64,000 nt of DNA from a virus, in the IMG/VR virus record IMGVR_UViG_3300017963_000014, positions 1-64,000 of that record, one strand, 5' to 3'. Numbering within the stretch: position 1 is the stretch's first letter; each line of letters opens with the position of its first letter. Below the pieces are notes generated by a model, which worked only from the letters and a program-made list of their open reading frames with translations, was not told where the DNA came from and did no database searches. Of the stretch, positions 52,207-61,573 are shown piece after piece. The translations under genes and the position numbers were made by a program.

Positions 52207-53202
52207 CTAAATCCGGGGCCCGAAGCGCCGGTTCACCGTCCGCGGGGCCCCGACCTTTATCGGCGCGCGGTACGCCGCGAGGATCTGGTCGACCTCTGGG
52301 TCGCCGGTCGTCGAGTGCAGCTTCGACCCGACGAACGGGTCGCCGTACCTCCGACGATGCCGGTCCGTCTCCTCCTCGACGATCGGACCGAACGCGGTCG
52401 AGCCCCCGCCGCCGACGACGGAGTAGAGTCCGCGGGAGGAGCGGGCGACGAGCTTCTTGATCGCGTACTTAATCGGCTCCGGCGTACTCCCGTCGGTCTC
52501 TACGTACCCGAAGGTCCCGTCGAGGACCTGGTTCTGCTCCCCGACCTCGAAGACCGCCGAGGTCGTCCCGAGGTAGCCCGTCCCCTCGAAGATCGAGCGC
52601 GAGCCGGAGAGGAGCTTCACCCGGGGGTTCCGCCGGTCGTCCTGCCCCGATCCCCCCCGTCCGGCGTAGACCTTGTACGTCCCGGGGTCCGCGGCGGAGG
52701 CGCTCCCGTTGAGGTAGAGCGCCGCGATCGAGATAATCGGTACCGGGAGCTGTAGGAGCGCCGTCCCCGTCCCGTCCCGGACCCAGTCGAACGCCCGGGG
52801 CGTGAACCAGAGCCGGGTGCAGCGCTCGACGAAGGCCTGCCAGGTCAGGATCCGGGAGAGGAGCTGCGCGTCCGAGACGGAGGCGGGGACGCCCTCGGCC
52901 CTCATCTCGTCGAGCGTTACGTAGAGCGCGTCGGTCTCCCCGAGGATCGGGTCCGAGAGCGAACTCTCCTGGAGCGTCGTCGTGTTGAAGTAGCTCGTCT
53001 TGTACCAGTCCGTCGGACTCCCGCCGAGGTCGTCGTAGTAGTAGACCGAGACGCCCGCGACGAACGGGATCCGGGTCGCGGGGGTCGTGATCTCGACGTA
53101 CGGACCGCCCTCGACCGCGGCTCGGAAAACGCGAATGACGTCGAAGATCGTTACGACGTTCTCGATCTTGTTGACGTTTATCGTTACCTTGATAACGGGC
53201 AT
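52207..53202 (-). CDS. Head-tail adaptor with N-terminal Ig/Fn3-like domain
   Basis: YVTLDEMR, FVERCT...F, GY......PEPIK.A, IL..YR. Confidence 0.7.
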   Translation of the reverse strand: MPVIKVTINVNKIENVVTIFDVIRVFRAAVEGGPYVEITTPATRIPFVAGVSVYYYDDLGGSPTDWYKTSYFNTTTLQESSLSDPILGETDALYVTLDEMRAEGVPASVSDAQLLSRILTWQAFVERCTRLWFTPRAFDWVRDGTGTALLQLPVPIISIAALYLNGSASAADPGTYKVYAGRGGSGQDDRRNPRVKLLSGSRSIFEGTGYLGTTSAVFEVGEQNQVLDGTFGYVETDGSTPEPIKYAIKKLVARSSRGLYSVVGGGGSTAFGPIVEEETDRHRRRYGDPFVGSKLHSTTGDPEVDQILAAYRAPIKVGAPRTVNRRFGPRI

Positions 53203-53204
53203 CG

Positions 53205-53582
53205 CTAGCTAACCTCCTTCGCCCCGATTATGCGCGGCCGGAGATTCGTCGCCGCGAGGAGCTTCGGGACGAGCTCGACCGCGGCCGAGAGGCTCGGGAC
53301 GCCCCCGTCGGCCCCGCCGGTCGAGAGGACTTCAGTATCGTAGTACGCGTAGAGGACGTCCCCCGGATCGTCCGCCGCGCCCTGACTCGGGAGCGGGGGG
53401 AGCTTCATTCGGAAGGTCCCGGCGTCGGGGTCGAGCTCGACCCAGCCGTTCTCGAGCTCGCGCTTCAGCTGCTGCCCGTTTAGGAAGACGACTAGCGAGT
53501 CCGCGCGGTAGTGCGTCGGGACGGAGAAGTCGCGGTTCACGCCGTCTACGACGCCGGCGACGGGTTCGAGGCGGGAGGGCAT
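53205..53582 (-). CDS. Virion beta-domain protein (paralog of next gene)
   Basis: GVVDGVNRDF...VFLNG...ELDP..GTFR. Confidence 0.65.
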   Translation of the reverse strand: MPSRLEPVAGVVDGVNRDFSVPTHYRADSLVVFLNGQQLKRELENGWVELDPDAGTFRMKLPPLPSQGAADDPGDVLYAYYDTEVLSTGGADGGVPSLSAAVELVPKLLAATNLRPRIIGAKEVS

Positions 53583-53821
53583 TACGGGGTCTCCTCCGCG
53601 AAGAAGACGTAGACGACGTCCCCCGGGACCGGCGCTCGACGGAGGCGGAAGGTCCCGAGCGGGGGGTCGAGCTCGTCGTACCCGTCTTCGAAGTCGCGCG
53701 CGAGTAGTCTCCCGTTCCGGAGCGCGCGGAGCGTCCCGGGCTCGTACGGGAGGGGCGCGGCGAAGTCCTTGTTGACCCCGTCGATCGTCCCGAGCGCCTC
53801 GAGTAGTCGGGTCTGAGCCAC
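53582..53821 (-). CDS. Virion beta-domain protein (paralog of previous gene)
   Basis: GTIDGVNKDF...RNG...ELDP..GTFR. Confidence 0.65.
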   Translation of the reverse strand: MAQTRLLEALGTIDGVNKDFAAPLPYEPGTLRALRNGRLLARDFEDGYDELDPPLGTFRLRRAPVPGDVVYVFFAEETP

Positions 53822-53839
53822 GCTTCGCCGCTCTCCTTC

Positions 53840-54250
53840 CTACGCGTACTGTACCTCTAGGAATAAGACCCCGTCGATCGTCCCGTCGGGGGTAAGACCG
53901 GGGGAGGAGCCCCAGAGGATCCCGACCTCGTCGCCCTTATCCGCGACGATCTCCCCGGGGGTTATCTCCCAGATCTTCTTAGACCCGGAGTCGACGTCTA
54001 CGTACTTCCCCGTCGGTACCCCGTTCTTAGTAAGCTCGAAGCGGAGAAAGCCTCCCGTTACCGACTCGCTAAGGACGATCCCGACGGTTACGAGTGAGGC
54101 GATACGGGGTAGCGGGAACTCGACGATACTCGCGGGGAATCCCGCGATCGGGAGCGACGCGCCCGTCGTCTCCCCCGCCGCGAAGTCGCTCCCGCTCCAG
54201 AAGACGGGGAGGAAGGCCCGGGGGCTCTTTACGGTGGTCTCGTTCGACAT
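53840..54250 (-). CDS. Putative virion decoration protein
   Basis: Beta-sandwich composition within the structural operon. Confidence 0.55.
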   Translation of the reverse strand: MSNETTVKSPRAFLPVFWSGSDFAAGETTGASLPIAGFPASIVEFPLPRIASLVTVGIVLSESVTGGFLRFELTKNGVPTGKYVDVDSGSKKIWEITPGEIVADKGDEVGILWGSSPGLTPDGTIDGVLFLEVQYA

Positions 54251-54251
54251 A

Positions 54252-54860
54252 TCAGAAGGCCTCCGCCTTCACCCCGATGATCTGGATCGCGACGTCCGAG
54301 GTGTCGCTCGCGTGCGACCCGTCCCGCCCGACCTGAAGCGCGAGCGCGTCGTCCTCCTCGAAGGAGGAAGCGTCGAGGTAGAGGACCGCCCCGAAGACCT
54401 CGCCGATCGTATCGTAGGAGACGGTAACGTCGACGTACTGCGCGTCGGCCCAGCCCTCGGAGGAGTCGTCCCCGACCCCCTGCGCCTTCGCCCGCGCCCC
54501 GATCCGAACGACGGTCCCGGTTCCGCTCTCCTTGAGGATGAACTTAGCGGAGACCTTCAGCGAGGCCTTCGAGTTACTCTCGTGCGGCCAGCGCCCCTGG
54601 ATCGCCCCCCAGCCCGTCGCGCCCGCGGCGACCTCGATCGCCGGTCGATCGTTAGCGACCACCGAGGTAGCGCCCGGGAGGACCGCCTCTACGTAGGGGT
54701 CGGTTACGACGTCCCTCGGGCAGCGGCACTCGAGGACGCCGAGTCCGTTGGGGTCCAGCGAGTGCGCGGGGTTCGTGGGGCACTCCGTCGGGGTGTCCTG
54801 GGACCAGACGTACTTGTACGCACCCTCGGTCGCGCAGCGGATCCGGTAGTACTTCAGCAT
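54252..54860 (-). CDS. Putative virion decoration protein
   Basis: Y.I.C.TEG...W...PTECP.NP.H N-terminus; RDG.HASDT C-terminal module. Confidence 0.55.
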   Translation of the reverse strand: MLKYYRIRCATEGAYKYVWSQDTPTECPTNPAHSLDPNGLGVLECRCPRDVVTDPYVEAVLPGATSVVANDRPAIEVAAGATGWGAIQGRWPHESNSKASLKVSAKFILKESGTGTVVRIGARAKAQGVGDDSSEGWADAQYVDVTVSYDTIGEVFGAVLYLDASSFEEDDALALQVGRDGSHASDTSDVAIQIIGVKAEAF

Positions 54861-54868
54861 CCGACCCC

Positions 54869-55381
54869 CTAGAAGAGGATGAGGATCGCGTGGATCCTCA
54901 CCCGGTTATTCCCCCCACCCCCCGTCCGCTTAACCTCGATCGAGAGCGACGTCGGCGCCGTCGGTACGTTCGAGATCGCCCCGAGGTCCGTTACCGTCGG
55001 GTACGCGTTCGCGGTCGAGACCGAGGCGATCGTCTGCGCGTTCGGTACGTCGTAGAGTCTGCACTCCACGGAGGTCGCGCCGTTCGGGTCGAGGATAGCC
55101 TTGATCGAAGTCGGCGCTCCGACGAGGTTCGAACCGGGGAAGAGGTAGTCGCAGACCCTCGTGTAGTCGGTGTTCGCCGTCTCGAAGTACGGGGTACCGT
55201 TAAGTCCGCTGGCCCCGAACGAGATCGCGACGTGCGCGCCCGGGCGGAGGGACTCCCAGACCCCGCTTCGGTACACGCGGAGCCTACCGAGCGCGGAGTC
55301 GAAGTAGATCAGCCCCTCCGAGGGACTCGCGGGCGGGGTCGCGACCGGTTCGAGGAGCGCGGACTGTAGGCTTAGCGGCAT
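54869..55381 (-). CDS. Putative fibre/decoration protein
   Basis: PASPSEGLIYFDS....L.VY N-terminal module. Confidence 0.6.
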   Translation of the reverse strand: MPLSLQSALLEPVATPPASPSEGLIYFDSALGRLRVYRSGVWESLRPGAHVAISFGASGLNGTPYFETANTDYTRVCDYLFPGSNLVGAPTSIKAILDPNGATSVECRLYDVPNAQTIASVSTANAYPTVTDLGAISNVPTAPTSLSIEVKRTGGGGNNRVRIHAILILF

Positions 55382-56776
55382 CTACGCGCTCTCGCCGTCC
55401 TTCATCGCGATCCAGTTCATCTGGAGGAGGTTCGCGACGTTGTTCGCCCCGACGTTGATCGTAAACCCCCCGGCGACCTGCGACTCGACGACCGGCGAGA
55501 ACTGCTGGTTATTCTGTGTAACCGGCGTCAGGACGACCGCGTAGTTCGCGTCCCCGAACGCGGTCGCGAACGTTACCGTCGCCCTCTTCGGGTTCCCGGC
55601 GAAGGAGCCGACGGGGACCCTCCCCGCCTTCTGGTCGAGCGCCTGCTGATCGAGCGCGTCGTCGATCCCCTTGAGGTGCGCCGTCAGGTGGTCGACGTCC
55701 GTAACCTCCGGCGGCGAGGTGTCCGGCGTATAGTTCGTCGGCGTGAAGTCGATGTCGAGCCGGTCCCCGTCGACCTCGTCCCCCCCGTCCTTGATGTGCC
55801 GCGCCGCGTGCGCCGAGACGTCGACCCCGTCGACGAGGTTCACGTTCGTTACGTTGTTTCCCCCCATATCGAGGTCGCCGGCCATCGCGCGGGCGCCGGA
55901 GACGAGGAGGTACTGCGTGTGGTCGTCGTTCCCGAGTCCGATCAGCGCCGAGTGCTGGACCGCGTTCCCGAACGACCCCCAGACCGAGCCGTTGAAGAAG
56001 TAGTATATGTTCTCGTCCTCGACCTTCAGCGCGAAGCCCTCGTTCGGGGTCGTGAAGATCCAGGCGCTCGCGCCGTCCCACTCCGCGATATCGTCCTTCT
56101 TCCCGTTCCAGGCGTCCTCGGAGAACTCGACGCTCCCGTCCGCGGTCGCGTCCGTCAGGTCCTCGTTTACCGTAATCTCCGTGTTCGGCGCGTTGTAGAC
56201 GATCGACGCTACCGTATACGTCCCGTCGTTTCCGGTCGAGCCGACGATATCGAACTCCTCGGTCGCCGATAGCTCCGCCGTCTTGTCCCCGGCGATCGAG
56301 ACGACCTCCGTCGCGGGGTTCACCGCGACGATCGCGTAGGAGTGAACCCCGACTATGTACCGGTCCCCTCCGACCGGGACCGCCGGGGGCTTCGCGAGGT
56401 CCTTGTCGAGGACGGAGTTCTGCCAGTCGAGCCCCTTTAGCTTCGAGTTAATCTGCTCGGTCGTCCAGCTCTCGCTCGCCGCGTTGAACCCCGCGCCGCT
56501 CCCGCCTACGTTCGTGATATCGTTACCGCCCATATCGACGTCGCCGGCGAGCGTCGGACTAGCCGTCCGCGCCTGCTCGAGCGTCGTCGTGTGCGGGTTC
56601 GCGGTCGAGGTCGAGTGCGCCGTGAACGTTACGTTGTCGACAAGCGTATCCGTCGAGCCGTTCCGGTAGAGCTTCAGCTTCTTCTCGGTAACGTTGTACC
56701 AGATCTGCCCCTCTACCGGACTCCCGGGGTCGGAGGTAAGCTCGTCGAACTCGATCGCGAGTATCTTTAAGCCCAT
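55382..56776 (-). CDS. Fibre-like protein (DUF2793-like segment, lectin-like C-terminus)
   Basis: PP..PVGGDRYIV...AWNGK..DIAEW...W.F.TP.EG; L.GL.NDDHTQY; ATVTFATAF...YAV. Confidence 0.65.
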   Translation of the reverse strand: MGLKILAIEFDELTSDPGSPVEGQIWYNVTEKKLKLYRNGSTDTLVDNVTFTAHSTSTANPHTTTLEQARTASPTLAGDVDMGGNDITNVGGSGAGFNAASESWTTEQINSKLKGLDWQNSVLDKDLAKPPAVPVGGDRYIVGVHSYAIVAVNPATEVVSIAGDKTAELSATEEFDIVGSTGNDGTYTVASIVYNAPNTEITVNEDLTDATADGSVEFSEDAWNGKKDDIAEWDGASAWIFTTPNEGFALKVEDENIYYFFNGSVWGSFGNAVQHSALIGLGNDDHTQYLLVSGARAMAGDLDMGGNNVTNVNLVDGVDVSAHAARHIKDGGDEVDGDRLDIDFTPTNYTPDTSPPEVTDVDHLTAHLKGIDDALDQQALDQKAGRVPVGSFAGNPKRATVTFATAFGDANYAVVLTPVTQNNQQFSPVVESQVAGGFTINVGANNVANLLQMNWIAMKDGESA

Positions 56777-56777
56777 A

Positions 56778-57239
56778 TCACGTCTCTCCGTTAGCGATCG
56801 CGTGCCACCCGACGCGATCGAGGTTGGCTAGGTTCCCCGAGCCGAGGTCGACGTCGAACCCCGCGGCGGTCTTCGACGTGACGCCGGGGGCGTAGATCTT
56901 CCCGTTGATCGTCTCGACCGCGAGGGTAACGGCGTAGTCCGCGGAGGGGTAGGCGGTCGCGAACGCGACCGTCGCCCGCTTCGGGGTCCCGGAGAAGTCG
57001 CCGGGGATCAGGACCCCGGACTTGATCTCCCGCTCCGCGAGCGCGGAGAGCGTAACGACCGGGACGTCGAACCACTTCGAGGAGGAGGACCCGAGGATTC
57101 GGAGCACCTGACTACAGAGATACGATAGCGTATTCGCTAGGTTTACCGCGTTCGCGTCGTGCTGCGTCGGGTCGAGCGAGTCGTCGATCGCCCCGCGCTC
57201 GCTGTGTATCGAGTCCTGTCTAAGCCTAGGTCTGGCCAC
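56778..57239 (-). CDS. Short fibre-tip-like protein, paralog of previous C-terminus
   Basis: FSGTPKRATVAFATAY..ADYAV...GW.AI. Confidence 0.65.
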   Translation of the reverse strand: MARPRLRQDSIHSERGAIDDSLDPTQHDANAVNLANTLSYLCSQVLRILGSSSSKWFDVPVVTLSALAEREIKSGVLIPGDFSGTPKRATVAFATAYPSADYAVTLAVETINGKIYAPGVTSKTAAGFDVDLGSGNLANLDRVGWHAIANGET

Positions 57240-57292
57240 GGGGGCGCGCTCCAGACGTTAGGGTAGAGACGGAAGTATCCGAGACCCTATCG

Positions 57293-57658
57293 CTATGAAC
57301 CCGCCGAAGGTATCCACCTCGGACGCCCCCGGCGGTCGAGGTCGACTCGAACCCGTCCCGCGCGCTCGCCCGCGCGGAGGAGGATCGAGAGCGCGACGCC
57401 CCCGACCTCGACCCGGAGCCGCTCTCCCGCGAGCGTCCCCGAACGGTCGTGGAGGACCTCCGCGCGGTACCGAACCTCCCCCCGGAAGCGCCGGGGGAGT
57501 GGGAGGTCGACCCGCCCGGCGTCGCTCCGGAGGGCGAGCGAGGTTACGGAGGAGAGGAAGGCGGGGTCGCGGGAGGAGGCCTCCCAGGCGCGGAGCTCGG
57601 GGGGGTTCGAGAGGTCCCAGAGCAGGGTCTGCCCGTCCCGGAGGGTCGCTAGAAGCAT
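57293..57658 (-). CDS. Hypothetical protein (121 aa)
   Basis: Coding pattern, in operon. Confidence 0.55.
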   Translation of the reverse strand: MLLATLRDGQTLLWDLSNPPELRAWEASSRDPAFLSSVTSLALRSDAGRVDLPLPRRFRGEVRYRAEVLHDRSGTLAGERLRVEVGGVALSILLRAGERAGRVRVDLDRRGRPRWIPSAGS

Positions 57659-57667
57659 TCGGCGGGG

Positions 57668-58096
57668 CTAGCGCTCGCTCGGCTTCGTCGCCGGGGGCTT
57701 CGCCGCCGGCTTCGACTTCGCGGGCTTCTCCAGGCGAACCGGATTCGGCTCGGGGGGCTTGACCTTCCCGCGCTTCCGGAGGACCTCGAGTCGCCTCCCC
57801 GGCGGGAGGTGCCCGATCCCCTCCCGCTCCGCGAGTCGCTCGACCTCGGCCTCGGACGCTCCGCGTCGGTCGACTCGCTTGCTCTCGACGTACTTCGCGA
57901 CTCGAAGCCTAGCGAATAGCTTCGGCTCCTTCTTCTCGATCCACTCGAGCTCCTCCCGAGTGATCGCCCGCGGGATCCCCGCGAAGAGTCGGAGCGCGCC
58001 GAAGCAACTTCGATTCTTCGGCGCCTCCTTCCCCTCGGGGAACTCGATCTCGACCGAGCCCTGCGAACGGAGCACGACCGTTACCTTTTCGCTCAT
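57668..58096 (-). CDS. Hypothetical capsid-adjacent protein
   Basis: ATGA overlap; K/P-rich tail. Confidence 0.6.
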   Translation of the reverse strand: MSEKVTVVLRSQGSVEIEFPEGKEAPKNRSCFGALRLFAGIPRAITREELEWIEKKEPKLFARLRVAKYVESKRVDRRGASEAEVERLAEREGIGHLPPGRRLEVLRKRGKVKPPEPNPVRLEKPAKSKPAAKPPATKPSER

Positions 58097-58449
58097 TTCG
58101 ACTCGCCTCCTTCCCGGGGCGCGAGGTCCCGGACCTCGAACCGACCGTTCCGGCGAACCCGTCGGAGGACGCGAGGGTCGAGGATCGGGACCGGTCGGTT
58201 CCGTCGGAACCTAACGCCCCTAACCTCGAACGTATCGCCCTCGACGAGCTCGACGATCCCCGGTCGCTCCTCCGGAGGGACCTCCGGGGTCGCGACCCTC
58301 GGGGGTTCCGGCGCCTTCGGTGACTCCGGCTCCGGTTCCCTCGTCGGCGTCGTCTCCGGCTCCGGCTTCCGCTCGACCTCGTCCGCGACTACCTTCGTCC
58401 GCGGACTCCGTCGGGCGGGAGCGGGGGGTTTACCGCTAGGTTTCTTCAT
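58093..58449 (-). CDS. Hypothetical capsid-adjacent protein
   Basis: GGAGG RBS; P/E-rich N-terminus; G.RF.R..PVP small domain. Confidence 0.6.
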   Translation of the reverse strand: MKKPSGKPPAPARRSPRTKVVADEVERKPEPETTPTREPEPESPKAPEPPRVATPEVPPEERPGIVELVEGDTFEVRGVRFRRNRPVPILDPRVLRRVRRNGRFEVRDLAPREGGESK

Positions 58450-58525
58450 AAGGCACCTCCTCCGCGTCGCGGGGGGCTCGAGTCCCTACCTAGAGAAGAG
58501 ACCCGGACCCCCGGCGTCCGTGGCT

Positions 58526-59719
58526 CTACTCGATCCCGATGTTGATGCCCTTAACGACCGCGGTGACCTCCTCGATCTGGACCGTGTACTTCGTCGTGAT
58601 CGCGAACTGGTTAACGCCCGCGTAGATCTCGCGCGCGGTCTCGATCCGGATGTCCCGGCCGATCCCCATGATAAGATTCTGGAAATTGGCCAGCGCGATC
58701 TGCGCGAGCGTCCGGTACGTAACCTTGTACGGACCCGCGACGGCCATCCCCTGCGCGGCGACGGTCGTGATCTCGCCCGTCGTCCGGTCGACCGTGTAGT
58801 CCGTCCCCTCGACGTACGGGGTAACCGGGGTCGAGCCGAGGGTAACGGGGGTGATGATCACCTCGTCCGAGATCGGACCGTACCGGAGCGACTGCGTGTC
58901 GGGCGCGGCGCCGAAGGTCACGTGCTCGACGACCTTCGGATCGGGGTCGAGGAGCGGGACCGGGACCAGCGGCACGCCGTAGACCGGGATCGAGTTCGAG
59001 GAGGTCATCGCGTTGTCGCCCGCGGTCGTCGCGCGCGAGGCGACCTTCTCCCTCCAGTTCTGCTCGATATCGAGGGCGAGCAGGAACCGGAGGTCCCGGC
59101 GCGTGCGGCGGAACTTGACCGGCATCGCCTTGATCATCCCGGAGAAGACCTTCAGCGACGCGTTCTCCCCCTCCGCGTCGTAGATATTCCCGGCGTCCAT
59201 CAGCCGCCACCAGCCGTCGAAGAGCGCGAGGAAGGTATCCTTGATCACCTTGTCCGTCGCGCCGCCGTCGAACAGGTCGTTCTCGATCTGGGCGACCCCG
59301 AGGGTGTCGCCGTTGACCATCCCCTCCTCCATATCGTTCGCGGTCTGCGTCGCCATCAGCCGGACGACGGTGTCCTCGACCGCCTCGCCCTCGATATTCA
59401 GCTCGGCGAAGTTGTCCGAGATCTCGAACGGGGTCATGATCTCGCGCGGCGTGAGGACGACCTTCGAGGTCGTTACCCCCCGGCGGATACCGGGGTCACG
59501 GGCCTCCTCCTTCGGGACGCTCACGCGGCGACCGACGCCGATCTTGTCGATCTGGAGGTTCTCCGGACGGAACCGGACGACGCGGACGGCGCCGCGTAGC
59601 TCCGTGACGTCGATCACGAAGTCGATGAACTGATCCGACTGCTCGTCGTTCAGCTTCCCGCCGGCGGCAAGGTCGTTGCTGGTGATAATCGCTCTCTGGA
59701 CGAGTTCCTCGTTCGTCAT
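58526..59719 (-). CDS. Major capsid protein (HK97 fold) with insertion domain
   Basis: GGKLNDEQSDQFID, IDKIG.G.R, NIEG...ED, .NGDT, DGW, NLIMGI.RDIRIE. Confidence 0.9.
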   Translation of the reverse strand: MTNEELVQRAIITSNDLAAGGKLNDEQSDQFIDFVIDVTELRGAVRVVRFRPENLQIDKIGVGRRVSVPKEEARDPGIRRGVTTSKVVLTPREIMTPFEISDNFAELNIEGEAVEDTVVRLMATQTANDMEEGMVNGDTLGVAQIENDLFDGGATDKVIKDTFLALFDGWWRLMDAGNIYDAEGENASLKVFSGMIKAMPVKFRRTRRDLRFLLALDIEQNWREKVASRATTAGDNAMTSSNSIPVYGVPLVPVPLLDPDPKVVEHVTFGAAPDTQSLRYGPISDEVIITPVTLGSTPVTPYVEGTDYTVDRTTGEITTVAAQGMAVAGPYKVTYRTLAQIALANFQNLIMGIGRDIRIETAREIYAGVNQFAITTKYTVQIEEVTAVVKGINIGIE

Positions 59720-59796
59720 TTTCTCTACCCTTTCTCCTTAGTTCCCTCGTCGGTTACCTACCGACGTTCACTTCTCTCTCGGTTTCGCTCGCGGTC

Positions 59797-61560
59797 TCAG
59801 CCGTTTCGGTTTCGACCGGAGAAGCGCTCGGTGACCACGCCGATCGCGCTCCCGGCCCACTTGCTCACGGGCTTCTCCGGCTCCGGCGCCGGCGGGGTCG
59901 TAGTCGCCCCCGGCGCGCTCTCGCCCCTCGCCTCGGCCCGGATCTTCTCCGTCCGCTCGCCCTGCTCCTTGACCTCCTTCTCGAGGCCCGCGAGCCGATC
60001 GTCGATCGGGGCGAGGGCAGACTTCACGGCGTCGGCGACGATCTTACCGACGTCGACTTCGGGGGAAGCCGGGGGCGGCGGCGCCTCGGTCTCCGGATGA
60101 TTCGAGGGCTCGGTCGGGGCCGGGGTCTCCCCGCCCTCCCGCTTCTCCGTCGAGGCTTCCGGGGGCTTCGGGGGTTCCTCGCTCGGGGGCTTCGGGGGCT
60201 TCTGGGGCTCGGGACTGGGCTGATTCTCGGCGCCCTCCCGCTTCTCCGTCGTCTCCTGCTTCTGTTCTGGGCTCGTCATCTTATCCTTCCTCCTCTTGAT
60301 GAAAAACAACTCCTCCTCGTTCGCGCCGGCGTCGACGACGGAGAACTCCTCGACGACTAGTCCGACGAACCAGTTCTCGATCGGGTCTTCCTCGCCCTTC
60401 TCGACCCGCTCGAAGTTCCTACGCTTCGCGAGCGCGAGCTCCTCCGGTCCGTCCGGCCCGACCTCGTCAGCCGAGACCCGGCGGGCGCGCCCGCCGAAGG
60501 AGAGCCCGTTTAGCTGCCCGTTCCGGACCTTCTCGACGATCGGGGGGTCGTCGGAGAAGAGCTGGACGTACCACGTCCCGTCCGCGATCTTCTTCGTCCC
60601 GCCGTCCGGGAGCGGGAAGTCGAGGTCGGTCGGCGCGATCACGTTCTGGATCAGCGTGACCTTGTCCGAGACGTCCTTCTTGTGCATCAGCCCGATCGTC
60701 CCGAAGTCCCGCATAAACCCTTCGTTCGCCCGCGCGATCTCGGCCTTCGTCTGCGCGTCCCCCTCCGAGTCCGCGACGTTCGGCTTCGCGACGATACCGA
60801 AGAACCGGACCTCCTTCGAAGGGTCCTCCCCCTCGTCCTCGGACTTCGCGACGAAAATCTCGCCCCGCTTCGCGAACCGGACGAACTTCGAGAGCTCGTC
60901 CTTGAGGTCCGCGGGAAGGAGCGCGTCGAGCGGGTCCTCGGGGTCGAAAGAGGGCTCGATCCCGAAGCGTAGCTCCGCCCGAACGATCCGCTCGTGCACG
61001 ATCGCCTTCGACCGCTCGAGCTCGTAAGTCCCGGCGTTCTGCTTGAACCGTACCCGCGCGTTAGCCGCCCGCTCCTCGGTCTCGACCGGGAACTTAAGGT
61101 TCACGGGGTCGGCGTAGAGGTTCTCCTCCGTCGGACCGTCCGCGGGGAAGGAGAGGTTCTCGCCCTTCCCCTCGAGCGCCTCGATCCCCCAGCGCTCGGC
61201 GCGCGCGGCCTGCGCCTCCCGCTTCTCCTCGTTCGAGGCGTCCGCGTCCGGTACCGCCCGGCGGACGGGCTCGTCCCGCCGCTCGCGGGGGGTCCCGACG
61301 AGGGCGACGACGTCGCGCGAGAGCTTCTCCCGCCGGAGCGAGCCGTCCTCGAAGTCCCCCTCCGCGCGGACGCGGGCGAGGATAACGTCCCGGCGCTGCC
61401 GGACCTCGCTCGGCTTCAGCCCGTGGTTGACGGCGAACGCCTTCGCCGCGGCGACCCCCCGGAACTTGTCGAGCGCGAGCTCGAGCGCCGCGACGCTCTC
61501 GACCGTCAGGTTGAAGGGGAGCAGGAGCGCGTTACCGCGCGCGATCTTCTCCTCGTCCAT
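59797..61560 (-). CDS. Prohead protease (XkdF-like) fused to scaffold, with extra N-terminal domains
   Basis: G.V..P..ADSEGD, IGLMH, GTW, V.NGQLNGLSFGG, EFSVVD.GAN; P/E-rich linker and coiled coil. Confidence 0.85.
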   Translation of the reverse strand: MDEEKIARGNALLLPFNLTVESVAALELALDKFRGVAAAKAFAVNHGLKPSEVRQRRDVILARVRAEGDFEDGSLRREKLSRDVVALVGTPRERRDEPVRRAVPDADASNEEKREAQAARAERWGIEALEGKGENLSFPADGPTEENLYADPVNLKFPVETEERAANARVRFKQNAGTYELERSKAIVHERIVRAELRFGIEPSFDPEDPLDALLPADLKDELSKFVRFAKRGEIFVAKSEDEGEDPSKEVRFFGIVAKPNVADSEGDAQTKAEIARANEGFMRDFGTIGLMHKKDVSDKVTLIQNVIAPTDLDFPLPDGGTKKIADGTWYVQLFSDDPPIVEKVRNGQLNGLSFGGRARRVSADEVGPDGPEELALAKRRNFERVEKGEEDPIENWFVGLVVEEFSVVDAGANEEELFFIKRRKDKMTSPEQKQETTEKREGAENQPSPEPQKPPKPPSEEPPKPPEASTEKREGGETPAPTEPSNHPETEAPPPPASPEVDVGKIVADAVKSALAPIDDRLAGLEKEVKEQGERTEKIRAEARGESAPGATTTPPAPEPEKPVSKWAGSAIGVVTERFSGRNRNG

Positions 61561-61573
61561 CGTTACTACCTCC

